From positions 32,001 through 96,000 of the forward strand of contig JAVKIP010000008.1 of NCBI GenBank assembly GCA_031459385.1: 64,000 bases of DNA. The letters are read 5' to 3'. Source of the stretch: Candidatus Fervidifonticultor secundus (GTDB lineage: Bacteria > Sysuimicrobiota > Sysuimicrobiia > Sysuimicrobiales > Humicultoraceae). This document shows, piece after piece, positions 9,822 to 17,885 of the stretch (within the stretch, counting starts at the first letter, position 1; the number at the start of each line of letters is the position of its first letter). Below the pieces are notes generated by a model that was not told the DNA's origin, made no database searches, and saw only the letters and a list, made by a program, of their open reading frames with translations. The position numbers and the translations under genes are program-made.

Positions 9822-10891
9822 AGGCCGCTTCCCGCCGCGATGGCCTTGCGCACGAAGCGGTCGTCCACCATCCGCTCCACCGGCACCGCGAACGCCGGGT
9901 CGAGGAGCCGATCCTGCTTGAGGAAGCGGATGACGGTGGCCACGGCTTCGGGCAGGACACGGCCGTCTGGCGACAGCCCGCCCAGGTTAGCCCGGATCAT
10001 CGCCGGCGTCCAGTTCAGCCCAGCCGGCAACGCCCGGGCGATCTCCTCGGGTTTCGCCCGGTGGAGGCGCAGCCAGCGCAGCGTGCGCACGAACGCGTCG
10101 ACCATCGCCTGCGCTGCCTCGGGGTCGCGGGCCACCACGTCCGCACGGGCCAGCAGGCCGCTGCTGATGTGGGCCGCGCCGTAGAGGCGCACCGTCCCCT
10201 CCAGCGTCCGCACGTCGTAGAGCAGGCGCGCCGAGCCGTCCTCCACCAGGGTGGTGATCAGGGGGTCGAGGTAGACCAGGGCGTCGATCGCCTTGCGCCG
10301 CCATGCGGCCAGCGCAGTCGCCGGGCCGCCCACCGGAACGAACTGTACGGCCTCCGGCTCGACCCCCCAGGCGGCCAGGATGTGGCGGGCCTGCATGTGG
10401 GTCGCCGAGCCCAGGCCCGTGACGCCGACCCTGCGGCCGCGCAGGTGCGCCGGCGAGGTGACCTCGCGCAGGTCAGCCTGCGCGATCATGGCCATGGTCT
10501 GCGCGTTGAAGAACGTCAGCAGGAACTTGAGGTCTTTGCCCTGCTCGTGGGCCTTGATGACCTGGGTGATGGTCACGGTGGCGAACTCGGTGTCGCCGCC
10601 GATGAGGGCCGTGGTGGCCTCGGGGCCGCCGCGGAAGTCGACGAACGTCACGCGCCATCCATGGCGGCGCTGGAGGTCGTCGAAGACGCCGAGCCCCATG
10701 GCCACGTAGACAGGCAGGTAGCCCACGACGTTGGGCGGCCCGATGGCCACCCGCAGGTCGCGGCGGGCAGCCCCCGGCGCGGGCGCCGGCCGTCCCGCAG
10801 CAGCCAGCAGGGCCAGCGCGGCGGCCAGGGCCGCCGGCCGCGCCAGCGGCCCCGGCCGCCGCAGCCGTCCACCACATCGTCCGGATTCCAT
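9818..10891 (-). CDS. NitT/TauT-family ABC substrate-binding protein
   Basis: Signal-like N terminus, plus YLPVYVA and LRGRRVGVTGLGSATH. RBS GGAGG lies before ATG 10891. Confidence 0.9.
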   Translation of the reverse strand: MESGRCGGRLRRPGPLARPAALAAALALLAAAGRPAPAPGAARRDLRVAIGPPNVVGYLPVYVAMGLGVFDDLQRRHGWRVTFVDFRGGPEATTALIGGDTEFATVTITQVIKAHEQGKDLKFLLTFFNAQTMAMIAQADLREVTSPAHLRGRRVGVTGLGSATHMQARHILAAWGVEPEAVQFVPVGGPATALAAWRRKAIDALVYLDPLITTLVEDGSARLLYDVRTLEGTVRLYGAAHISSGLLARADVVARDPEAAQAMVDAFVRTLRWLRLHRAKPEEIARALPAGLNWTPAMIRANLGGLSPDGRVLPEAVATVIRFLKQDRLLDPAFAVPVERMVDDRFVRKAIAAGSGL

Positions 10892-10951
10892 CGCGCTCAC
10901 CTCCAGGATCGGTGCCGGCGCGCACCATCTGGCGCGTCAGCCGGCCCAGGG

Positions 10952-11704
10952 CTACACGCTCGGACCGGCCAGGCTGCGCCCGCCGCAGACGTAGAGCAGC
11001 TGACCGGTGACGTACGACGCCTCGTCGCTTACGAAGAACGCCACCGCGTGGGCGATGTCGTCGGGGATGCCGATCCGCCCCATGGGGATGGTCTTCAGCA
11101 GGCGCTCCTGCACCTCGTCTTTGAGGCTGCGGAACAGCGGCGTGTCCACCAGCGCCGGCGCGATGGCGTTGACCGTGATGCCGAACCTGGCCAGTTCCAG
11201 GGCCAGGGTGCGGGTGAGGCTCACCACGCCCCCCTTGGCCGCGGCGTAGTTGACCTGCCCGGGGTTGCCCAGCCACGCCCGCGACGAGATGTTGACGATG
11301 CGGCCGTACTGCTGCTCCATCATGAAGGGCACGGCCGCGCGACAGCACAGCCAGTACGACTTGAGGTTGGTGCGCAGCACGTCGTCCCAGTCCTCCTCGG
11401 ACATCTTGGTCAGGTAGCGGTCGCGCGCGATGCCGACGTTGTTGACCAGGATGTCCACGCGCCCGAACGCCTCGCGGGCGCGGGCCACCAGCGCCGCGGC
11501 GCCGTCGGCGCGGCTGACGTCGGCGGCCACGCCCAGCGCCCGGGCGCCGGCGGCGGTCAGCGCGTCGACGACCCGCGCCACGCGCTCCTCCACGATGTCG
11601 TTGACGACCACGCACGCTCCGTCGCGGGCCAGCCGGGCGGCGATTCCCTCGCCAATGCCCTGGCCCGACCCGGTGACGATGGCGACCCGTCCGGCGATGC
11701 CCAT
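10952..11704 (-). CDS. Short-chain dehydrogenase, BbsD-like 3-hydroxyacyl-CoA dehydrogenase
   Basis: Motifs TGSGQGIG, NNVG, SSRAWLG, YAAAK and C-terminal GQLLYVCGGRSL. The RAWLG and LYVCGG features resemble BbsC/D as I recall them. Confidence 0.8.
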   Translation of the reverse strand: MGIAGRVAIVTGSGQGIGEGIAARLARDGACVVVNDIVEERVARVVDALTAAGARALGVAADVSRADGAAALVARAREAFGRVDILVNNVGIARDRYLTKMSEEDWDDVLRTNLKSYWLCCRAAVPFMMEQQYGRIVNISSRAWLGNPGQVNYAAAKGGVVSLTRTLALELARFGITVNAIAPALVDTPLFRSLKDEVQERLLKTIPMGRIGIPDDIAHAVAFFVSDEASYVTGQLLYVCGGRSLAGPSV

Positions 11705-11740
11705 CCCGTGCGTCCTCCCCTCGGCCGTCGGTGCCCGGCG

Positions 11741-12529
11741 CTAGCGGCCGGTGAACTGCGGCTCGCGCTTTTCCAGGAACGCCTGGATGCCCTCGCGGCG
11801 GTCGCGGCTGGCGCGCAGCGCCGCGTGCGCCGTGCGCTCCAGGGCCAGCCCCGCCTCCAGGCTCGCATCCGCCGCCAGGTGCACCGCAGTCTTGATGGCG
11901 CGCACTGCCAGCGGCGCGCGGGCCGCGATCGTCCCCGCCAGCGCCCTCGCCGCTTCCAACAGCTGCGGGCCCGGGACCACGCGGTTGACGAGGCCGATGC
12001 GGTAGGCTTCCGCGGCGTCGATGAACTCCCCGGTGAACATCAGCTCCTTGGCGCGCGCTGGCCCCACCAGGCGTGTCAGCCGCTGGGTGCCGCCAGCGCC
12101 GGGCATGCTACCGACCTTGGCTTCCGGGAACCCGAACCGGGCACCCTCCGCCGCAACCCGCAGGTCGCAGGCCAGGGCCAGCTCCAGCCCGCCGCCCAGG
12201 GCGTACCCGTTGATGGCCGCGACGGTAGGGGTGGGCAGCGCCTCCAGCTGCGCGAAGACGCGGCGCACCCGGTCGGCGAAGGGGTCGGGCGCGGTGCCGT
12301 CGTCGGCGTACTCCTGGGCCCGGGCCTTGAGGTCGGCGCCCACGCAGAACGCCTTCTCGCCGGCAGCGGTCACGATCAGGGCGCGCACGGTCCCGTCCTG
12401 CTCGACGGCCGCCAGGACCTCGCCCAGCCGGTCCAGCATCTCGGGCGTCAGGGCGTTGAGGGCCTCGGGGCGGTTGAGGGTCACCACCCCCACAGCCTGC
12501 TCCTGCTGGAACTGCACGATCTCGCTCAC
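11741..12529 (-). CDS. Enoyl-CoA hydratase, BbsH-like
   Basis: Crotonase motifs FCVGADL, GGGLE and PEAKVGSMPG. Both catalytic Glu residues are present. Confidence 0.85.
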   Translation of the reverse strand: MSEIVQFQQEQAVGVVTLNRPEALNALTPEMLDRLGEVLAAVEQDGTVRALIVTAAGEKAFCVGADLKARAQEYADDGTAPDPFADRVRRVFAQLEALPTPTVAAINGYALGGGLELALACDLRVAAEGARFGFPEAKVGSMPGAGGTQRLTRLVGPARAKELMFTGEFIDAAEAYRIGLVNRVVPGPQLLEAARALAGTIAARAPLAVRAIKTAVHLAADASLEAGLALERTAHAALRASRDRREGIQAFLEKREPQFTGR

Positions 12530-12535
12530 GGATGT

Positions 12536-13768
12536 TCACCTCCGCGCCGGGTCCGTCTGGGGAACCGGTGGCCTCCCTGCCCAACTCTGCACCACGCCCG
12601 CCGCCACCAAGCGGGCGATCTCGTCGTCGGTGATGCCAGCCTCCCGCAGCACCGCCGCGGTGTGCTCGCCCGGTAGCGGTGCCGGCCTGGAGATGCGTGG
12701 GGGCGTCGCGCTCAGCCGAAGCGGCTGGCCCACCACGCGCGCCGCGCCCAGCTGCGGGTGGTGCAGCGCGACCAGCATGCCGTTGTGCACGACCTGCGGG
12801 TGGGCTTCGAGCTCCGGGTAGGTCAGAATGGGGCCGCAGACGATGTCGGCGGCCTCCAGGACGGCCAGCCAGTGCGCCGTGGGCATGGCCCGGAAGATAG
12901 GCGCGAGGGCGTCGCGCAGTTCGACCCTGTGGGCCACCCGCGCCTCGTTGGTCGCAAAGCGCGGGTCGGCGGCCAGGTCTGGCCGGCCCAGGACGGCGCA
13001 CAGCGCGTGCCAGCGCTCGGGCGTGTAGGCCGCCACCATGACGTGGCCGTCTGCGGTGGGGTACGCCTCGTTGGGCGCCGCGTACGGCGCGGCGCTGCCT
13101 GTGCGGCCCGGCGGGGTGCCTGAGGCCAGGTACATGGCGAGCGGGACGGTCTGGAACGCCAGCAGGGCGTCCAGGAGCGACAGGTCCACGCACTGGCCGC
13201 GCCCGGTGCGCTCGCGGGCAAACAGCGCCGCCAGGATGCCGGCCGCGGCCAGGAACCCCGCGGTGGTATCGGCGGCCGGCACGCCCACCTTGACCGGCTC
13301 GCTGTCGGGCGACCCTGTGACGCTCATCAGCCCGCTGGCAGCCTGGACGATCCCGTCCACGCCAGGCCGGTCGTGCCACGGGCCCGAAGCGCCGAAGGCC
13401 GAGATGGCGCAGTAGATCAGCCGGGGGTGGTCGGAGCGCAGCGTGTCGTAGTCAAGGCCCAGCCGCGCCATCACCCCTGGCCGGAAGCTCTCCACCAGGA
13501 CGTCGCTGCCGGCCACCAGGCGCAGGATGACGGGGCGCGCCTGGGGGTGCTTGAGGTCGATGACGATGCTGCGCTTGTTACGGTTCATGCCGATGAAGGC
13601 TGCGGCGACGCCGTCGACGAACGGCGGGCCGAGCCCCCGGCCCCACTCGCCGCCGGGAGGCTCGACCTTCACCACCTCGGCGCCGAGGTCGCCCAGGTAC
13701 ATGGCGCAGATGGGGCCGGCGGCACCCTGGGAGAGGTCGAGCACGCGAATGCCTTCCAGCGCAGTCAC
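12536..13768 (-). CDS. Family III (CaiB/BaiF) CoA-transferase
   Basis: Motifs LEGIRVLDLS, DLGAEVVKVEPP, NRNKRS, ESFRPG, the PAAD catalytic Asp region and PGEHT. Confidence 0.95.
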   Translation of the reverse strand: MTALEGIRVLDLSQGAAGPICAMYLGDLGAEVVKVEPPGGEWGRGLGPPFVDGVAAAFIGMNRNKRSIVIDLKHPQARPVILRLVAGSDVLVESFRPGVMARLGLDYDTLRSDHPRLIYCAISAFGASGPWHDRPGVDGIVQAASGLMSVTGSPDSEPVKVGVPAADTTAGFLAAAGILAALFARERTGRGQCVDLSLLDALLAFQTVPLAMYLASGTPPGRTGSAAPYAAPNEAYPTADGHVMVAAYTPERWHALCAVLGRPDLAADPRFATNEARVAHRVELRDALAPIFRAMPTAHWLAVLEAADIVCGPILTYPELEAHPQVVHNGMLVALHHPQLGAARVVGQPLRLSATPPRISRPAPLPGEHTAAVLREAGITDDEIARLVAAGVVQSWAGRPPVPQTDPARR

Positions 13769-14397
13769 GGTCGGGCACCGTGCGCCGCGGCGGTCGCCAG
13801 GGGTCGGAGGGCAGCCACCGCGTAGTCGGCGAAGCGCGCGGCGATCTCTGCCGGCGGGTGCTGCCCGTCGGGGCGGTACCACCGCACCATCCAGTTGACC
13901 ATGCCCAGCACCGCGAAGCCCGCCAGGCGGACGTCGGTGGGCGCGAACTCGCCAGCGGCGATGCCGTCGGCGATGATGCGGCGGAAGAGGGCCTCGTAGC
14001 GGTCCCGCCATGCCACCAGCGCCTGGCGGTACGGGGGAGCCAGCGCGCGGCCTTCCTCGATGAAGCAGGCCACGTTGTCGCGGTCGCTGACCAGCGTCAG
14101 CACGTGGAGCCGCACGGCCTGCCGCAGGCGGTCTGCGGCCGGCTCGGCCCCGGCAGCGATACGCTCCAGGTCGGGCAGCGCCCGATCCAGGGTATGCTGG
14201 AGAATCTCGTAAAGCAGGGCCTGCTTGCCACGGACGTGATGGTAGAGCGAGGCCTTCGTGAGCCCCACGGCGCGCGCGATCTCCTGCATCGTGGTCCGCT
14301 CGAACCCCCGGGTGTGGAACAGGGCGGCGGCTGCGCGGAGGACCTGCTCGCGCGTGACGGGTATCCGGCGCTCGGCCCGCGTGACGCTGGTCCTCAT
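13765..14397 (-). CDS. TetR-family regulator (KstR2/PaaR-like, probably acyl-CoA sensing)
   Basis: HTH TTMQEIARAVGLTKASLYHH and C-terminal LGMVNWMVRWYRPDG. ATGA and GTGA overlaps on both sides. Confidence 0.9.
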   Translation of the reverse strand: MRTSVTRAERRIPVTREQVLRAAAALFHTRGFERTTMQEIARAVGLTKASLYHHVRGKQALLYEILQHTLDRALPDLERIAAGAEPAADRLRQAVRLHVLTLVSDRDNVACFIEEGRALAPPYRQALVAWRDRYEALFRRIIADGIAAGEFAPTDVRLAGFAVLGMVNWMVRWYRPDGQHPPAEIAARFADYAVAALRPLATAAAHGARP

Positions 14398-14993
14398 CGG
14401 GTATCGTCCGGATGCTGGCCGGCCGCCGTGGCGCAGACGGGCACCGCGGGCGCAGACGTCTGCCGGAGCGCCGTGCCCAGCTGCCACCCGGCCGCAAGCG
14501 CCTTCAGGTTGGGCACGGCGGCCGCCGACAGCCGGCTGCGGACGACGGCCTCCAGCGTGGGCAGCCGCACCACGTCGCACAGCGCGGCCGCCACGCCCAC
14601 GGCGACCATGTTGGCCGGGCGCGTGGTGCCGCTGGCCCGCCTGGCCGCCTCGGTGACGGGGATGGCGTGAATGCGCACCTGCCCCGTCCCCGTGATCGCC
14701 ACGCGATCCGCGTCGACGATGGCGACCCCGCCGTCGGCCACGGCACCCGACCAGCGCGTCCAGGCCTCCGTGGTCAGCGCCACCAGCACGTCGGCCACGC
14801 GCGCCACCGGATAGGCGACGCGCGTGTCGCTGATGACAACGTCGGAGCGGCTGGCGCCACCACGGGAGGCGGGCCCGTATGCCTGCGCGCAGGCCACGCG
14901 CCGGCCCTCCGCCACGGCGGCCTCGGCCAGGACGAGCCCGGCCAGCACGACTCCCTGACCGCCCGCGCCCGAGAATCGTATCGCGAGCCTCAC
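14394..14993 (-). CDS. korC: 2-oxoacid:ferredoxin oxidoreductase gamma subunit (KorC-like)
   Basis: Motifs SGAGGQG, YGPASRGGAS and ANMVAVG. Confidence 0.85.
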   Translation of the reverse strand: MRLAIRFSGAGGQGVVLAGLVLAEAAVAEGRRVACAQAYGPASRGGASRSDVVISDTRVAYPVARVADVLVALTTEAWTRWSGAVADGGVAIVDADRVAITGTGQVRIHAIPVTEAARRASGTTRPANMVAVGVAAALCDVVRLPTLEAVVRSRLSAAAVPNLKALAAGWQLGTALRQTSAPAVPVCATAAGQHPDDTR

Positions 14994-15898
14994 GGCGTCT
15001 CTCCAGGCCCCGCCGCGTCCACCGTTGCTGCGCGTACGCGGGCGGTGAACTCCGGGCGGTCGATGTCGACCAGCACGCCGGTCTCCACGGGCGGTCGGAC
15101 GGGGGCCGGCCCGGGCTGCAGCAGGGTAGACGCCAGCGGCGCCAGGTGCGCGTCCACGGCGGCGGTGGCGCGGGCCTGGCCGGCCAGCATGGCAGCGCCG
15201 CTACCCAGCCGGTTGTACCGGCCGTAGAACTCCGGGCAGTCGCTCAGGATCTCGATGAACGCGAAGCCGCGGTGGCGCAGGCCGCGGGCGATCAGGTCCT
15301 CCAGCACCAGCGGGGTCCAGACCGTCCCGCGGGCGACGAACGTGGCACCGGCCGCGGCCAGCAGGCGGCATGCGTCGAAGGGCGGCTCCACGTTGCCGGC
15401 CGGCGCCGTGGTGGCCACGCTGCCTTCGGGTGTGGTGGGGGCCAGCTGTCCGCCGGTCATGCCGTAGATCTCGTTGTTGAACAGCAGGCAGGTGAGATCG
15501 ATGTTGCGCCGCGCGGCGTGGATCAGGTGGTTGCCGCCGATGGCCAGGCCGTCGCCGTCGCCGGTGATGACGACCACGTGCAGGTCGGGACGGGCCAGCT
15601 TCAACCCGGTGGCGAACGCGGGGGCACGCCCGTGGGTAGCGTGGAGCGTGCAGAAGTCCAGGTAGCCGGCCAGGCGGCTGCTGCAGCCGATGCCTGCCAC
15701 GACCGCCACGCGGTCCTGGGCCAGTCCCAGGCGGTGGATCGCCCGCAGCAGCGCGCCGGCTGCGATGCCGTGCCCGCATCCCGGGCAGAGGATGTGGGGC
15801 ATCTGGGGCAGGCGGAGGTAGCGGCGCACGTCCACTGGAGGCCGATCGCCGGCCGCAACGCCCGGTGCCGGCGCCAGGCGTGTCCGGGCATCCATCAT
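14990..15898 (-). CDS. korB: 2-oxoacid:ferredoxin oxidoreductase beta subunit (KorB-like)
   Basis: Motifs CPGCG, GIGCSSR, HGRA and the TPP-binding motif GDGD...NNEIYGMTGGQ. Confidence 0.9.
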   Translation of the reverse strand: MMDARTRLAPAPGVAAGDRPPVDVRRYLRLPQMPHILCPGCGHGIAAGALLRAIHRLGLAQDRVAVVAGIGCSSRLAGYLDFCTLHATHGRAPAFATGLKLARPDLHVVVITGDGDGLAIGGNHLIHAARRNIDLTCLLFNNEIYGMTGGQLAPTTPEGSVATTAPAGNVEPPFDACRLLAAAGATFVARGTVWTPLVLEDLIARGLRHRGFAFIEILSDCPEFYGRYNRLGSGAAMLAGQARATAAVDAHLAPLASTLLQPGPAPVRPPVETGVLVDIDRPEFTARVRAATVDAAGPGETP

Positions 15899-17040
15899 GC
15901 GTACCTCCCCACGGGCAGCGCCGCCTGCACGGCAGCCAGAATCTCTTCGGGCGCTATGGGCTCGCCGTCGGCGCGGCAGCACGGGACTACCGGGACCGCG
16001 CCGCAGACGACGCGTTCCACTTCGCGCACCACCTGGCCCAGGTTCATCTCGGCCACCACCAGCGCGTCGCACGACGCCGCCGCCATGCGTAGCGCCCGCT
16101 CGGGGAACGGCCACAGCACCCGCAGGCGCAGTGCCCCCGCGCGGATCCCGGCTCCTCGCGCCAGGTCCACCGCCTCTTCGGCGGCACGCCCGGTGATGCC
16201 GTAGCCGACGACGATCACCAGGGCGTCGTCGGTGCGGTACGCCTCCACCGGCTCCACATCGTCGAACACGGGTGCCAGCTTGGCCAGGCGGCGGCGCTGG
16301 TGCGCTGCCACCACCGCCGGATCCTCCGTGGGGAAGCCGCAGTCGTCGTGGGCCAGTCCCGTAACGTGGAACCGGTAGCCGCTGCCGAAGTCGGCCAGGG
16401 GCGGCACGCCATCGGGGTCCGGCGCGTAGGGCCGGTACGCCCGGGGTGGTCCGGTGGGGCGGCGGCGGGCCGGCAGGCGCGCCGCATCGGGCGGGCGCAG
16501 CACCGCCTCCTCGCGCAGGTGGCCGATCACCTCGTCGTAGAGCACCACCACCGGCGTGCGGAACCGCTCCGCGAGCCCAAACGCGTCGATGGTGAACTGG
16601 TAGACCTCCGCCACGGATGCGGGCGCCAGCACCAGGCTGGGCACGTCGCCGTGGGTGCCCCAGCGGGCCTGCATCACGTCGCCCTGCGCCGGTGCCGTGG
16701 GCAGGCCGGTGCTGGGGCCGCCGCGCATCACGTTCACCACCACGCACGGCACCTCGGCCATGGCGGCGAACCCCAGGTGCTCTTGCATCAGCGAGAAGCC
16801 GGGGCCGCTGGTGGCGGTCATGGCCCGCAGGCCTCCCAGCGAGGCGCCGATCACCGCGGCCAGCGACGCGATCTCGTCCTCCATCTGCACGAACAGGCCG
16901 CCGACCGCCGGGAGCCGGCGCGCCATCTCCTCGGCGATCTCCGACGAGGGCGTGATGGGATAGCCCGCGTAGAAGCGGCAACCCGCAGCGATGGCCCCTG
17001 CGGCGCAGGCGACGTTGCCCTGTACGAGGCGCGCGCTCAC
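15895..17040 (-). CDS. korA: 2-oxoacid:ferredoxin oxidoreductase alpha subunit (KorA-like, 2-oxoglutarate type)
   Basis: Motifs YAGYPITPSSE, QMEDEIAS, TSGPGFSLMQE, RGGPSTGLPT and EMNLGQ. Confidence 0.9.
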   Translation of the reverse strand: MSARLVQGNVACAAGAIAAGCRFYAGYPITPSSEIAEEMARRLPAVGGLFVQMEDEIASLAAVIGASLGGLRAMTATSGPGFSLMQEHLGFAAMAEVPCVVVNVMRGGPSTGLPTAPAQGDVMQARWGTHGDVPSLVLAPASVAEVYQFTIDAFGLAERFRTPVVVLYDEVIGHLREEAVLRPPDAARLPARRRPTGPPRAYRPYAPDPDGVPPLADFGSGYRFHVTGLAHDDCGFPTEDPAVVAAHQRRRLAKLAPVFDDVEPVEAYRTDDALVIVVGYGITGRAAEEAVDLARGAGIRAGALRLRVLWPFPERALRMAAASCDALVVAEMNLGQVVREVERVVCGAVPVVPCCRADGEPIAPEEILAAVQAALPVGRYA

Positions 17041-17885
17041 CGTCCCACCCCGGCCGCGGCCCGCGCGTGCACCGTGATGGCGAACTCCGGGCACAGCCAT
17101 TCGCACAGGCGGCATCCCGTGCACCGCTCGTGCGCGACGACCTCCACCGCCCCGCGGCCGTCCGGGCGCAGGATGCTCTCGGGGCAGACGCGCACGCAGA
17201 TGTCGCACGCCTTGCACCAGTTGGCCGCGACCGCCACGCGCCACGCCGCGCCGGGGCCCGGGGGCAGCCACCGCTCGGCCGACGGCAGCGGACGCGGCTC
17301 CAGCCGCCGGCCCTCCTCGAACGCCCGTCGGTTGACCGCGACGGTCCCTGGCGGCACGCACCGCTCGATGGCTTCTTCCCACAGCGCGGCAGGGAACTCG
17401 AGGTAGGTGGACAACGCGCCCAGCAGAATGGTGTTGGCCACCGCCGGCGTGCCCAGTGCCATGGCCAGATCGCGGGCGTCGGCAACCACCACCGGCCCGC
17501 GGTGCCGCGCCAGCGGCGCGGGGTCCAGCTCAGGGTAGCGCACGGTCCAGGCGCGGTGGTCCTGCTGCGCCGCCGGCGGCACGATGCGCGTCGGGTCGAT
17601 GACGAGCAGCCCGCCCGACCGCAGGTAGGGCAGCCAGCGCAGGCCCTCGGCCCATTCGAACGCCACGAGCGCGTCGGCCTCGCCGAGCCCGATCAGCGGG
17701 CTCCACACGACCTCGCCGAACCGCACGTGGCTGAACACCACGCCGCCGCGTTTGGCCATGCCGTGGACCTCGCTCTTCTTGACGTCCAGCCCCGCCGCCC
17801 GTGCCACCTCGCCCAGGACGGTGCTGGCCAGCAGCACGCCCTGGCCGCCGACGCCCACAAGCAGCACGCCCTGCGCCGCCGTCAC
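17037..17885 (-). CDS. iorB: Indolepyruvate/arylpyruvate:ferredoxin oxidoreductase beta subunit fused to a C-terminal 2x[4Fe-4S] (KorD-like) ferredoxin
   Basis: IorB motifs GVGGQG and KKSEVHGMAKRGG, followed in frame by CKACDICVRVCP and CTGCRLCEWLCPEFAI. Confidence 0.85.
   Translation of the reverse strand: MTAAQGVLLVGVGGQGVLLASTVLGEVARAAGLDVKKSEVHGMAKRGGVVFSHVRFGEVVWSPLIGLGEADALVAFEWAEGLRWLPYLRSGGLLVIDPTRIVPPAAQQDHRAWTVRYPELDPAPLARHRGPVVVADARDLAMALGTPAVANTILLGALSTYLEFPAALWEEAIERCVPPGTVAVNRRAFEEGRRLEPRPLPSAERWLPPGPGAAWRVAVAANWCKACDICVRVCPESILRPDGRGAVEVVAHERCTGCRLCEWLCPEFAITVHARAAAGVGR

Noticed and set aside
5822..13768. Anaerobic toluene degradation cluster
   Set aside because: No benzylsuccinate synthase, activating enzyme, BbsG or ETF is present in the window.
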